A stretch of 63,746 nucleotides of DNA, filler included, from Octopus bimaculoides (Eukaryota): assembly GCF_001194135.2 (NCBI RefSeq). It is 8 parts of 6 records of this genome, joined end to end, with 100 filler letters (N's around TTAATTAATTAA, not from the genome) between each part and the next. Parts side by side here need not be neighbours in the genome. Positions count along the whole stretch, not along the records: positions 36,159 to 41,414 come from NC_068989.1; positions 41,515 to 51,811 come from NC_069007.1; positions 51,912 to 56,895 come from NC_069007.1; 5 more parts are not named here. One strand, written 5' to 3'. The first letter of the stretch is position 1. Each line of letters starts with the position of its first letter. Under the pieces are notes generated by a model. The model was not told where the DNA came from. It was given only the letters and a program-made list of their open reading frames with translations, and searched no databases. This document shows positions 39,515-52,999 of this stretch, piece by piece. The translations under genes and the position numbers were made by a program.

Positions 39515-40896
39515 ATGACAACACCACAAGAGAAAGCGCCATATGTATCCTGGTTCAAAGAGACCAAATCAGACAGTCAGGTCTAGCAGAATGACCGCAC
39601 AAAGAACCACCATCTTGTGTAAGCATCCGTGCTTGGCATAAAATGTCTATAAAAGCAGGAAGCGCCTACAGAAAACAGGGGCTGGTTAACCAAAAAACAT
39701 AAGTGGAAGACGTTAAATGAATTCAAACAGCATTTCATCGTAGTTTTATTAAGTTCATTTGTACTGCAAGTAGACAGTTAAGTTTACTACGGTCAACAAT
39801 CCACAAGGTTTTGAACAAGAAATTGAGGTTTTATGTTTTAAAGTGCTACTTATGCAAGTACTCCAGCCAGATGACAAACCTCGAAGGAAACAATTTGCAG
39901 CGGAGTGTTAGCTCGATTAAATGAAGACGAAAGCTTCCTTCGAAAAATTTCTTTCAGTGACGAAGCAACATTTCATAAATATGATAAGTATACACAACAT
40001 CAGAATCCGGGTTCGGAAAAACCTAGACGGAACAAAAGAACTGGAACAAAACAGCCCAAAAGTCAATGTTGGGTGCAACCTCATGTTTGATTGAGTGTTT
40101 GGCTCATTTTTCTCTGAAGGAGAAACGATCATTTCCAACACTTACCTTGATCCTTTTATATATTTGTTTTGCAGGATTTTTGATGTGAAATCGTGTGTTG
40201 AAACAGATATTGTTGTATTTGGGGATGGTCATGTTGCAAGTTTAGCCAATAAAAACACACGCACGAAATATGATTAATGTAATGTAATGTAATATAAAGT
40301 TGAAGCAAATTAACACCAAATATACAGTGCGTGTGTTTTTATTGGCTAAACTGGCAACATAACCATCCCCAAATACAACAATATTTACCTTGATCTTTTA
40401 CAAGAATTTGTTGTACCACAGTTGCACCATCTGCAACCAACAGTTATTTTCCAATTAGATGGTGTGCCGCCACATTAGGGGTTGAGTGTTCGAGAGTTTC
40501 TTAATGGAACTATCCCAAATCAATGGATTAGAAGAAGCGGTCCAGTTCCCTGACCACCAAGGTCACCAGATACAACCCCCGTGGACTTCCTTTTTATGGG
40601 GCTACATTAAAGACAGAGCCTATCGTACAAAAGTTCTGGACCTCAATGATCCGAAGGAAATGATACACCAATCCATTATCCAACATTGATGAGGGGATGC
40701 TCCAATGCACATGGTCATAACTCGAGTATTGTCTAGATGTGTTGCATGCAACCAATGGAGCTCACGTGGCAGTGTTCTGAGGTTTCTAAATAAACTTTAT
40801 GTTTGTCAATGTTTTCCTATAAACTCTGCTGAATTATCCTTATTTATCATTTGCTCTGAATTTTTCGAATTGTAAACGTAATTTATGGACACCCTG
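39515..40896 (+). mobile_element. Tc1/mariner-superfamily DD41D transposon, defective
   Basis: MTTPQEKA start, FSDEATFH, YLDLLQEFVVPQL, FQLDG...41 residues...DF counted directly, WGYIKD. Right TIR AATTTATGGACACCCTG at 40880-40896; the left TIR was not found. Confidence 0.85.
40153..40384. mobile_element. Family A repeat insertion with 58-bp inverted arms and a target-site duplication
   Basis: Arms 40207-40264 and 40327-40384 differ by 2 mismatches. The flanking direct repeat TTACCTTGATC lies at 40142-40152 and 40385-40395, and removing the insert restores the transposase YLD codons. Confidence 0.85.
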
Positions 40897-41025
40897 GATC
40901 TATTCTGTCATTTTGACTCACTAGAAACGAATTTCCAGTAATATTTTGAGACATTATTTTTTACTCCTTGGAATCAAACATATTCCGTCATTTGACTCAC
41001 TGAAAACGAATTTTAAGCAATATTT

Positions 41026-41267
41026 TGTTTATCGCCACTTTAACACGGTTGTTCCGTAAGAACCAACGTTACTACCATTTTAACTTCAGGAGAAGTCCTC
41101 CTCCAGCTTTTGTATCGAATAACCAGCTGAAAGAGGCGTCCTTCTGGAGTTAAAATGGTAGTAGCGGCTTTTGTATCGAATGACCAGCAGGAAGAGGTAT
41201 CCTTCTGGGTTAAAATGGTAGTGACATCGGTTCCTAAGGAACAGTTATGTCGATGTGGTGATAAACA
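41026..41267. mobile_element. MITE-like fold-back element with an internal tandem duplication of about 60 bp
   Basis: Imperfect terminal inverted repeats of about 65 bp (TGTTTATC-CCAC...ACTACCATTTTAAC); CTTTTGTATCGAAT-ACCAGC...GTTAAAATGGTAGT occurs twice internally. Confidence 0.7.
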
Positions 41268-41523
41268 TTACTTCTCAGTATAGTTACTGTTTTCATATCT
41301 TATAGAGATTTTCTAACAAGCTAATTTGCTTGTTGCAGGTAATATTTCCTTGTCAATAAAATTCTAGAAAATGAATACATTAAAGCTGTATGTCCTTTGA
41401 AGTTCTAAAAAATTNNNNNNNNNNNNNNNNNNNNNNNNNNNNNNNNNNNNNNNNNNNNTTAATTAATTAANNNNNNNNNNNNNNNNNNNNNNNNNNNNNN
41501 NNNNNNNNNNNNNNATATATATG

Positions 41524-41566
<43 letters not shown>

Positions 41567-42389
41567 CAGACAAATGCAAAAATGTGTACAATTATATTTA
41601 GTACATCCGTGTGCACTCGGATGGGGAAAGGACCGACGGTGGAAATTGCCTCGGGAGAAAACTTCTTATAGACAACATATGTGAAAACACATCTTTGGGC
41701 TTTGAATGACGTCAACAGACCGTAGGACGCATGCATTTCTGCGTTCGTCAACTGCGCACACCGAATCCGTCGTGAACAGCCCACAAAGCGACAACCGTTC
41801 TGATATTTACACAACAAATAGTACATATGCTGATGTGTGCAAAGCCTTATCAAGCTGGAATTAATTAACGAGAGGTGCACGAAGCGGAGTTGATTGAAAT
41901 AAGAGCGTGGACAGTTATATTTAATACGTTTGTGTGCACACTTCCATACAGGCATACAAATACGTAAATGCATACGTCTCATGCATACATACATACATCA
42001 ACCCCCCACACATGCATATACATACATACATTGTATACATTTACACACATTATGTCCATAAATAAATACATACAAGTATGGTTAGCGCTAACGCGCGAAA
42101 CTCAGTCTTTGAGTCACTCTGTTGCTTCTGTTAAATGTTAATATCTATGTATGTCTGTGTGAGTGTGTGTGTGTGTATTATAGTAATAGCAATAATAATT
42201 CTACGCGCGTTTCCACAGATTACATGTTTCTTAAGATCCTAGTCCGTATTCCTGAGATGATTACAGCGCAGTCCGTAGTATCCATGGTCATCGGATGGAT
42301 CATGTTCATGCACTCATGTCGCCGCTATAATAGAATAGCAGCTTCTATATGCATATTCAAAACGTTTTCAGTCAACAAACACACCACAT

Positions 42390-42640
42390 CTTCTATGACT
42401 AGCAAGTCCGGCTTTGGACAAACAGACCCTATTAGAGATGTTAGACACATCTTCGGGCATAAACGTGTCTCAGATTGAAGCTAAATCTCTTTTCCGAACT
42501 GCTAATTTCAAGATACCGTGTTCGATTCCTCATGTTTCAAATACAACCATTATAGATCATTTTTTTCCAAACCGATCGATCTTTCATCAATTGCTTACCA
42601 GCCTTCAACATTCCGATTAAAAATCAAAATTATTTTTTAT
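42390..42640 (-). mobile_element. RTE-type LINE extreme 3' coding fragment
   Basis: Minus frames read DRSVWKKMIYNGCI and NRVCLSKAGLASHRRC, resembling the C-terminal C--C-R-C-S-AGL-SH-R motif. Confidence 0.6.
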
Positions 42641-42770
42641 AATTTGTATCGATTTATTTTATTATAAATGCAAAACAACACTACGAAGAAATCGATGTGA
42701 GCTTAAATAATAAACCGCGATATGGCGAGAGATTACTCTATCTATCTATCCATCTATCTATCTGTCTGTA

Positions 42771-42826
<56 letters not shown>

Positions 42827-43392
42827 CATGTAGGTGTGTATGCAAATATACGATGCGTGAATAACAATCGATACGTATATATATATAGAAATATATACAT
42901 ATATAGTTATATATATATATATATANNNNNNNNNNNNNNNNNNNNNNNNNNNNNNNNNNNNNNNNNNNNNNNNNNNNNNNNNNNNNNNNNNNNNNNNNNN
43001 NNNNNNNNNNNNNNNNNNNNNNNNNNNNNNNNNNNNNNNNNNNNNNNNNNNNNNNNNNNNNNNNNNNNNNNNNNNNNNNNNNNNNNNNNNNNNNNNNNNN
43101 NNNNNNNNNNNNNNNNNNNNNNNNNNNNNNNNNNNNNNNNNNNNNNNNNNNNNNNNNNNNNNNNNNNNNNNNNNNNNNNNNNNNNNNNNNNNNNNNNNNN
43201 NNNNNNNNNNNNNNNNNNNNNNNNNNNNNNNNNNNNNNNNNNNNNNNNNNNNNNNNNNNNNNNNNNGGTGCGTTGATTTCAGCGTTTAAAAGATGACAGT
43301 CTCCGTTTAGTAAATTGCTTTCTTCCCATTCTGCGCTGTTGTATTGTTTGTTGTCTGCCAAAACTCGGCGCACTTCATAGATTCTTATCAAC

Positions 43393-43448
<56 letters not shown>

Positions 43449-43854
43449 GTAGACACGTGCGCGCACACGAATACACTGACATACGTGCGTATATATACAC
43501 GCATTAATACGCACACACACACATACACCTATATACATATTATTTAAATGTATATACATGCATACATATATATGTATACACACACACGTATGTATGTATG
43601 TATGTATATTTGAATATATATATATATATGCGTATATATTATATATTATATATATACACACACATACACACATATATAACAATAAAACCGTGGATGAGTG
43701 TGTATATATATATGCATATATATATATATATATATATATAGATACACACACACATATATAAATATGTATATACATATATAAATATATATATGTATGTACA
43801 CGCACACACACACACATATATATATATAAATACATACATATACATATGTATATG

Positions 43855-43886
<32 letters not shown>

Positions 43887-44768
43887 TNNNNNNNNNNNNN
43901 NNNNNNNNNNNNNNNNNNNNNNNNNNNNNNNNNNNNNNNNNNNNNNNNNNNNNNNNNNNNNNNNNNNNNNNNNNNNNNNNNNNNNNNGTGGCCATGCTGG
44001 AGCACCGTCACTGATATTCTAAAAATAATATTCATCATATTTGGTAATAAATCCGATCTGAAACATGAAGTGTGTCTGTGTTTGTATCCCCGCCGTCGTT
44101 TGACAATCGATACTGGTGTGTTTATGTCCCTGTAACTTAGCGATTTTGCCAAAGTGATCGATAGAATAAGTATTAGGCTTACAAAGAATAAGTCCTGGGG
44201 TCGATTAAAATTCGAGCAAGAACTACTGGATGTCTGGGAGTAACTTTGCAGCGGACGTTTGCAGAATGGAAGAGTTCCATAGACATCATCAATAAGAGTT
44301 GTAGACGACCAAACATAGCGTTCACTTCACATTCTTCAAAATAAGTGATTCTGCTTGAACTCACTGCGCCATATTGAAGAAAAAAAAAACAAAATGGAGG
44401 AAGTTCGGATGCCTTTTGTAATGTTCTTTCGATCCGTACTGATTCGTGAATGAACTAACAACTACAACAACAACAACAACAACAAACTGATAATCTCTGG
44501 TAATGTCAGTCCGCCCTTCATCTTCAACGCCATAACTGGACCCACATCTTTAAGCAGTCATTAAACCCCTATTCCATCCCCTAACTAAGATGACCCCGTT
44601 CCTCAAGGTCAACCCTGATTGAGCAGGCTAACAACATATACGTATCTTGCAGGTTTCAGCCTTGGAACTGCTGTCGTCACCGTCAGGGGGCACTGCTGTG
44701 CGATAACCCAAATAGTCAACAACACCTACATACAAACATACGCACACACACACATACATATGTGTATG

Positions 44769-44810
<42 letters not shown>

Positions 44811-46248
44811 GACATACACACATCTATTTATATATATGTACATATATGCACATATGTACATATATATATATATGTGTGTATATATATATATCTATGTGTG
44901 TATATATATATATAATGGCATTTTGTCCGTGGTTAACGAACTCTCAAACGCACACTCACACTCGCACACTTATGCACATACACACGCTCACACTCACGCA
45001 CACACACACATCCACACGTACATTTACACTCTTACATAGACGTGCACAGACGCACACACGCACACACACACACACACACATACACGCACACATTAACGCA
45101 CTCACACAAGCAAACTCATACACACACACACGCAGACACACTTACGCGCACACACACACAAACACACGGACACACACGCACGCGCAAATAAACACATATC
45201 AGCGCCATCCACCTGACAGTGCGGCACAGTGCCACACCCAATAGCTACACCCTCAACCAGCTGACATCTACCCAGATTATAACAACACACTGCGTAGCTT
45301 TTCCCTACTTGCTTCCGATCCCTGCCTTTTTTTCTGACCCCTGAGAACCTTCTCTGTCGTTGTCTTCATAAAACAGCAACCCCTAAAACAGCAACCCCTA
45401 AAACAGCAAAGCTATCTCAGTTTAGCAGGCTCAGATACGCACACACGTATACACATGTACGCGCATACACATACACTTATATACATATACATATAAACAC
45501 ATATATACATATATATATACACATACATATATATATACACACATATATATATATACATATACGCAAATACATATATACGCATATATATACATGCATATAG
45601 ACATATAAATATATACACATACATTTGTGCATACATACACATATTCACATACATATATCCATGTACGCATATATACATCTACATATGTACATATATACAT
45701 ATATATATATATANNNNNNNNNNNNNNNNNNNNNNNNNNNNNNNNNNNNNNNNNNNNNNNNNNNNNNNNNNNNNNNNNNNNNNNNNNNNNNNNNNNNNNN
45801 NNNNNNNNNNNNNNNNNNNNNNNNNNNNNNNNNNNNNNNNNNNNNNNNNNNNNNNNNNNNNNNNNNNNNNNNNNNNNNNNNNNNNNNNNNNNNNNNNNNN
45901 NNNNNNNNNNNNNNNNNNNNNNNNNNNNNNNNNNNNNNNNNNNNNNNNNNNNNNNNNNNNNNNNNNNNNNNNNNNNNNNNNNNNNNNNNNNNNNNNNNNN
46001 NNNNNNNNNNNNNNNNNNNNNNNNNNNNNNNNNNNNNNNNNNNNNNNNNNNNNNNNNNNNNNNNNNNNNNNNNNNNNNNNNNNNNNNNNNNNNNNNNNNN
46101 NNNNNNNNNNNNNNNNNNNNNNNNNNNNNNNNNNNNNNNNNNNNNNNNNNNNNNNNNNNNNNNNNNNNNNNNNNNNNNNNNNNNNNNNNNNNNNNNNNNN
46201 NNNNNNNNNNNNNNNNNNNNNNNNNNNNNNNNNNNNNNNNNNNNNNNN

Positions 46249-46304
<56 letters not shown>

Positions 46305-46464
46305 GTATTGATAACGTTTGTCACACATCGCGCCGGTGCCATTTAAGGTTATTATGAGACGCAGATTTGCCTATTGTTGCGTGTGTGAAATTATGGTATT
46401 GTGTTGACAACGGCTTCCCATATAATTCCTTTCTTTCTGTCCTTGTCGCTGACATATACATATG

Positions 46465-46496
<32 letters not shown>

Positions 46497-46540
46497 CATA
46501 CGTACATGCATAAATACGTACGTACATACATATATACATA

Positions 46541-46655
46541 TATATATTGGGAAGACGGCACGTAACATAGGGGAGAGGATGTGTGAGCACTGGCGGGAAC
46601 TCAAAGAGGAGAAAATCTCGTCAGTGCTCTACCAACATGCTCATTACGACTTCTT
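46541..46655 (+). mobile_element. Possible GIY-YIG endonuclease fragment (Penelope-like)
   Basis: YIGKTARNIGERMCEHWRELKEEKISSVLYQH resembles YIG-T-R-L--R--EH...S-L--H. The YI part overlaps a TA microsatellite. Confidence 0.45.
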
Positions 46656-47202
46656 TTAATTTTTCAAAAATTTCATTGCTTATTAGTTACCTGATTAGTG
46701 ACACAATTCGCTGCATCTATTAAAAATCAGGTGTTTCCATTTACTTATTCTTCTTCCTTCCTTTCGTTTTACTCTTTGTTTTTCCTCAATCACATTCCCG
46801 CTTGATGTATAGGAATTGTGAATGCCTTTCACAGATCACTTTGATACATACAGAATTTCTTTTATGTCAATCAATTGTGCTTTTCTTTTTTTTTTCTTCT
46901 TCTTCTCTATGTTTAAACCCTGGAGTTGTGGATTTATGGCTGTTTTGAGATTCAATGTGGTTTTGTGAAGAACCAAAAGCAATTAAATTTAAAACACACA
47001 CACGTTCGCGGGCATAAATGAAGCTACGCACATACCCACAACTATAACAAAAAACGCAATTACCACACACTCAGCAGCCATTCAAAATTACTCTAAACAT
47101 AATATTAACCATTGTTGGAAGTGTGTGAAACTATTGGAATAGTATTGTCAATTATTTCCCATACAATGTCTTTTGTCTTTCTCCTTCTCTACCTCCCATC
47201 TT

Positions 47203-47269
<67 letters not shown>

Positions 47270-47350
47270 CTTACTTGAATGAATGAACGAACGAACACTC
47301 AAACAGTATATATGTTTACCTGTGTACTTCGTATTTACGTATATATATCT

Positions 47351-47394
<44 letters not shown>

Positions 47395-47600
47395 ATATAC
47401 AAACACACACACACACTCATATAAAATATGTCACATTCATAGTATATGTATACACATACGTTTATCCTCCCCCACCACCACCACCACACACACAATAATC
47501 ACATTTCTCCTTTAGTTTTCACAGTGAAGTTAAAATTGTATGTTTATTAAAAAGTTATAACTTACCTTTGAAATTATTTGGGGCACTATGAGTAACATTA

Positions 47601-47645
<45 letters not shown>

Positions 47646-48333
47646 CTTAAGGCCTGCTGGAACCTTGCAAGCCTTTNNNNNNNNNNNNNNNNNNNNNNNN
47701 NNNNNNNNNNNNNNNNNNNNNNNNNNNNNNNNNNNNNNNNNNNNNNNNNNNNNNNNNNNNNNNNNNNNNNNNNNNNNNNNNNNNNNNNNNNNNNNNNNNN
47801 NNNNNNNNNNNNNNNNNNNNNNNNNNNNNNNNNNNNNNNNNNNNNNNNNNNNNNNNNNNNNNNNNNNNNNNNNNNNNNNNNNNNNNNNNNNNNNNNNNNN
47901 NNNNNNNNNNNNNNNNNNNNNNNNNNNNNNNNNNNNNNNNNNNNNNNNNNNNNNNNNNNNNNNNNNNNNNNNNNNNNNNNNNNNNNNNNNNNNNNNNNNN
48001 NNNNNNNNNNNNNNNNNNNNNNNNNNNNNNNNNNNNNNNNNNNNNNNNNNNNNNNNNNNNNNNNNNNNNNNNNNNNNNNNNNNNNNNNNNNNNNNNNNNN
48101 NNNNNNNNNNNNNNNNNNNNNNNNNNNNNNNNNNNNNNNNNNNNNNNNNNNNNNNNNNNNNNNNNNNNNNNNNNNNNNNNNNNNNNNNNNNNNNNNNNNN
48201 NNNNNNNNNNCCCCCCTCCACGAAAGCCAACCCAGCCCAGCCCAACCCTACTTAAACCCATGTATAGGCGAGCTGTGCTCTTGTATATGCGCGTATGCCT
48301 ATACGCTTCTGTCTGTAAGTGTATGTACGTACG

Positions 48334-48375
<42 letters not shown>

Positions 48376-49095
48376 TATATATAGATACACATATATATAT
48401 ACATATACATATATATAGATATATATATAGAGAGAGAGAGAGATGTGCGCTTGTATGAAAGCCTATAAAACTGGGTGAGCGACCGAAGGTGTGAGCTGGT
48501 GCATACGGTGCACTTAGAACAAATGTTTCCGGTGACAATTATTTCCGAGCGGCAGACGACAACTACACTATAATCATATTTTACACAGCAGCCATTTTTT
48601 TTTCCTTTCTTACTTTCTATTTTTCTTGTTTCTTTTCTTCGACTTCGTCGTCGACGTTGTTGTTGTTGTTGATAGTGGTGGAGTTGCCTTTGTTGTTGTT
48701 GTTGTTGTATCGCTCGCTATTCGAACTCGTTTACCGCTGATTAACTCTGCACTACACCTATCGATGTCATCATTGTATTGTCAGCAACACCTTACACATA
48801 TTTTGAAAAAAAAAACGGGTGTTGATTGTGGGGACGGGGACTCAACTCAGGTAAGCAACATTCGGGAAGAACCGAGTGCGAACAAGTTATTCATTTATTT
48901 ATAAATCTATTTATTTATTTATTTATCTATTTTGCTATTTATTTTTGTGTCTAGTCAGCTGTTGACATTAAGTGTAAAATAACACAAAACACACTCACAC
49001 ACAATTCACACGCACACACGAGGAAACACATACAAGCACAAACACATACACACATATGCCTCTATCGATTTCTATCTGTCTTTTTACCTGTCTCT

Positions 49096-49146
<51 letters not shown>

Positions 49147-49382
49147 ATCGTTAAATTTAACTCAAATATCCTGTATATTAGGCATGTGTGTTTGTGTTTG
49201 TGTGTGTGTGCGTACGCGTACATTAATACTTATAGATATATATGTATATATGTCTATATATATATATATATATACACATACATATGTATATGTGTGTGTA
49301 TGCATATACATATATAAATATATGAATACATCCATATATAGATATACTAGTGCATACATATATGTATATATAGGAATGTATG

Positions 49383-49415
<33 letters not shown>

Positions 49416-49434
49416 AATCTATGTATGTATGCTT

Positions 49435-49516
<82 letters not shown>

Positions 49517-51925
49517 ATGTGTATATGTATGTATGCACTCACACACACACAACACACAGAGCATACACACACTAACACATATCAACACATACACACACAC
49601 ACATCCAATTTCCAAAGATGCACTCGTAGATACCTGGGTACGCACCCGCACATATCCGTGTGTGAGCGAGTGCGTCGTGGCGCGCGAGTTTGTGTGTGAA
49701 AGATAACCGGAGAGAATAATGAATGAAAAAGGCACGAAGAATGGAGATAATGAAAGAAGTTTAGAAAGAGTCACTGAATGAGCGACGTGAATGAAGGACG
49801 GCCTGAATGAAGTGAATGAGTGAAAGAACTCCATAAAGGTGGATGTGTGTTAACAGAAATAATTATGTCCCTCTCCCCCCCCCCACACACACACAGGTAC
49901 ACATACACAGGTATATATATATACTCACGCATATATACACATATTTATATAATATATTGATGGATAGATTGATATACATACATATGTATACACACACACA
50001 CGTACATAATACATAGATATTGGCATGGGTGTGCCTGTGTGGTAAGAAATCTACTTCCAACAACATAATTCCGGGTTCAGTCCCACAGCGAGAACCCAAG
50101 TAAGTGCCGCCCAAAGTGTTGTGAGTGTCTGTGTATATATATATACATATACACATATACATATATAGTTAAACTTCAGAACGCGTTTATTGAGTCCTAC
50201 ACCACGTTATTAGTCGCACCATGCCTCAGCGTAATATTAATATATGTTTGTATTTGTACACCACCACCACCACCATCACCACAAACGCTTGGCTACAGGT
50301 GTTGGTTTTTTGCATCCCCGTAGCCTAGCGGTTCGGCAAAACAATAAGCACCAGGCATTAAACAAGAAAGAAACGAAACGAAACGGAAATAAACTAGTAA
50401 CGTAAGAAAAACACTTCAAGATCGAAGATCGTGGACAGCTGATCCGCCGCCGCCACCTCACTCGTTCCTCTACACCACCACCGCCACTACCACCACTGCT
50501 GCCATTGCCGCTCCCCCCACTGCCACCGTCGCTCCCCCGCCCTACAAAACCCTTACACCTGGCAGGCCACAACTGACCAGCGCGAGATAATCTCTTTCAG
50601 GTTGCTATGACACCGTGTGTCAGCCGGACATGTCCGAAATGCTTGTGAGGGCCGACCGAGGTAAAAGGCCCTCAGCGCAAACNNNNNNNNNNNNNNNNNN
50701 NNNNNNNNNNNNNNNNNNNNNNNNNNNNNNNNNNNNNNNNNNNNNNNNNNNNNNNNNNNNNNNNNNNNNNNNNNNNNNNNNNNNNNNNNNNNNNNNNNNN
50801 NNNNNNNNNNNNNNNNNNNNNNNNNNNNNNNNNNNNNNNNNNNNNNNNNNNNNNNNNNNNNNNNNNNNNNNNNNNNNNNNNNNNNNNNNNNNNNNNNNNN
50901 NNNNNNNNNNNNNNNNNNNNNNNNNNNNNNNNNNNNNNNNNNNNNNNNNNNNNNNNNNNNNNNNNNNNNNNNNNNNNNNNNNNNNNNNNNNNNNNNNNNN
51001 NNNNNNNNNNNNNNNNNNNNNNNNNNNNNNNNNNNNNNNNNNNNNNNNNNNNNNNNNNNNNNNNNNNNNNNNNNNNNNNNNNNNNNNNNNNNNNNNNNNN
51101 NNNNNNNNNNNNNNNNNNNNNNNNNNNNNNNNNNNNNNNNNNNNNNNNNNNNNNNNNNNNNNNNNNNNNNNNNNNNNNNNNNNNNNNNNNNNNNNNNNNN
51201 NNNNNNNNGGGTGCACAAAGAAATTGGAGAAAAATGTTTAAGACAGTGAAATGCGATAAAAATATTCTTAGAATACAAAAAAATACGATAAAATGAATGA
51301 TGCAGTCCCACTGACACAGGAAAAACTGCAACAAGGGCCAATCAATGAACCCCATAGATCCACGATAGCCCTAACCAGCAAAGGCACGAGTCTTCTCTCT
51401 TACTCTCTTACCATGTTTGCCACAGCCACACATCTTTCCACAAATCTAAGAATAAAAGCAACAACAATAATAATAACAATAATCTTTTCTATTCTAGGCA
51501 CATTGCAAACGTCCAAGCAACGACGCCATTGTTACGGAATGCAATATAAGCTTCATAAAATGAGACATCGTGGGAAAAACAACGCAATAAAAATGGGAAA
51601 ATATAAAGCAAAACAGTTTTCAAACATTTAAAGAGAGCAAAAGAGAGAGAAATAAACATATACATACATACGTACAAACAAATATATATATTTATATATA
51701 TACATACGAAATGTATATACACATACACAGTCGGAGGGAAATATATATTTATATATGTATATATATATATATATATACATGCACATATATATATATAAAT
51801 GATAAGCAAAGNNNNNNNNNNNNNNNNNNNNNNNNNNNNNNNNNNNNNNNNNNNNTTAATTAATTAANNNNNNNNNNNNNNNNNNNNNNNNNNNNNNNNN
51901 NNNNNNNNNNNCTCGACACCATAGC

Positions 51926-51974
<49 letters not shown>

Positions 51975-52530
51975 TAGCCCGGATGCAGTACCAGGCAGTG
52001 GCTCTCATGGCTTCTGATCTTAATTGATTGGAAGTGTTATCATGTACATTGTTTTGTCTTGGTATAAAAGATGAGCTACAGCAAATATTCTATTCAATAC
52101 CAGAGATTTACTTGTCAGTTGTTTGACCTTAACCAGTTGAGCATGTCCGTTGGTGGCTGACGATATGTGCATCTCTGATCACGAGCAGAAGTAGTGGGGG
52201 AGCATCATAGCCATGTGTTGAGAGGAATTCTTTGGGGTTTGAATAATTCACCTTTGGAAACATGGGTGTTTTGTTCATCATCCTTAAACAAACCTTATTC
52301 AAGGGCCTTTTGAGTGGGATGGGCTACTCGACCTGAAAAACTTTTAACTGGGCCCCACCTGCAAGGTCATGCGCTATTTATCTTGATATAAGATCACCAT
52401 GTTGCGCACATGCGGTTATGATGCATGTGCCTGGTGTACCTTTATCAGACAGGTAGTAATGATGGGTATATTGGGCTTCGTATATTTGTACCCCAGTGTT
52501 ACTTTGATGGCATGTACGACTCTCTCACCC

Positions 52531-52562
<32 letters not shown>

Positions 52563-52563
52563 T
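51975..52563 (+). mobile_element. Non-coding retroelement 3' region between (TAA)n tracts
   Basis: Bounded by (AAT)n at 51928-51972 and 52531-52563. Sub-segments recur at 5690-5840 and 7229-7345. Confidence 0.65.
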
Positions 52564-52999
52564 AAAAGTAATATATTCACTGACATGACAAAGTTCGGAC
52601 CTATATACACTGGAAGCTATGCCAACATTATGAAATAACAAAAAAAAAAAAAGATGGTATAGGCACAGGCCAGAAAAGGTCACAGAAAACGAGAAAGCAA
52701 CCATACTCTGGGATATTTTAATACACACAGATAGAGAAATTAAGGCCAATTATATTGTACTCAGTTTTTAAAATTGTTGCTTAATTCATTAACTCAGGAA
52801 AGACAAAAGGCACTGTAAACCTCGACAGAATTTGAACTCAGAATACACAGACAGACAAAATGTCACTAACCATTTTGCCTGACATGCTAATAATTCTGCC
52901 AGTCTGTTATCATAGAAGAAGAAGAAGAAGAAGAAGAAGAAGAAAAAGAAGAAGAAGAAGAAGAAGAAGGAGGAGGAGGAGGAGGAAGAGGAGGAGGAG

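Noticed and set aside
41600-41930. Possible Helitron helicase remnant
   Set aside because: Only vague TAH-like similarity, scattered over frames; not supportable by eye.
44210-44345. FEQELLDVW resembling the post-transmembrane YEQEL...W motif of receptor guanylyl cyclases
   Set aside because: It is followed at once by a stop, abuts a SINE end, and has no acceptor site.
50560-50682. GC-rich hairpin TGAGGGCC...GGCCCTCA as a possible HDV-like ribozyme P4
   Set aside because: No P1/P2/P3 nested pseudoknot could be assigned, and the sequence runs into a gap.
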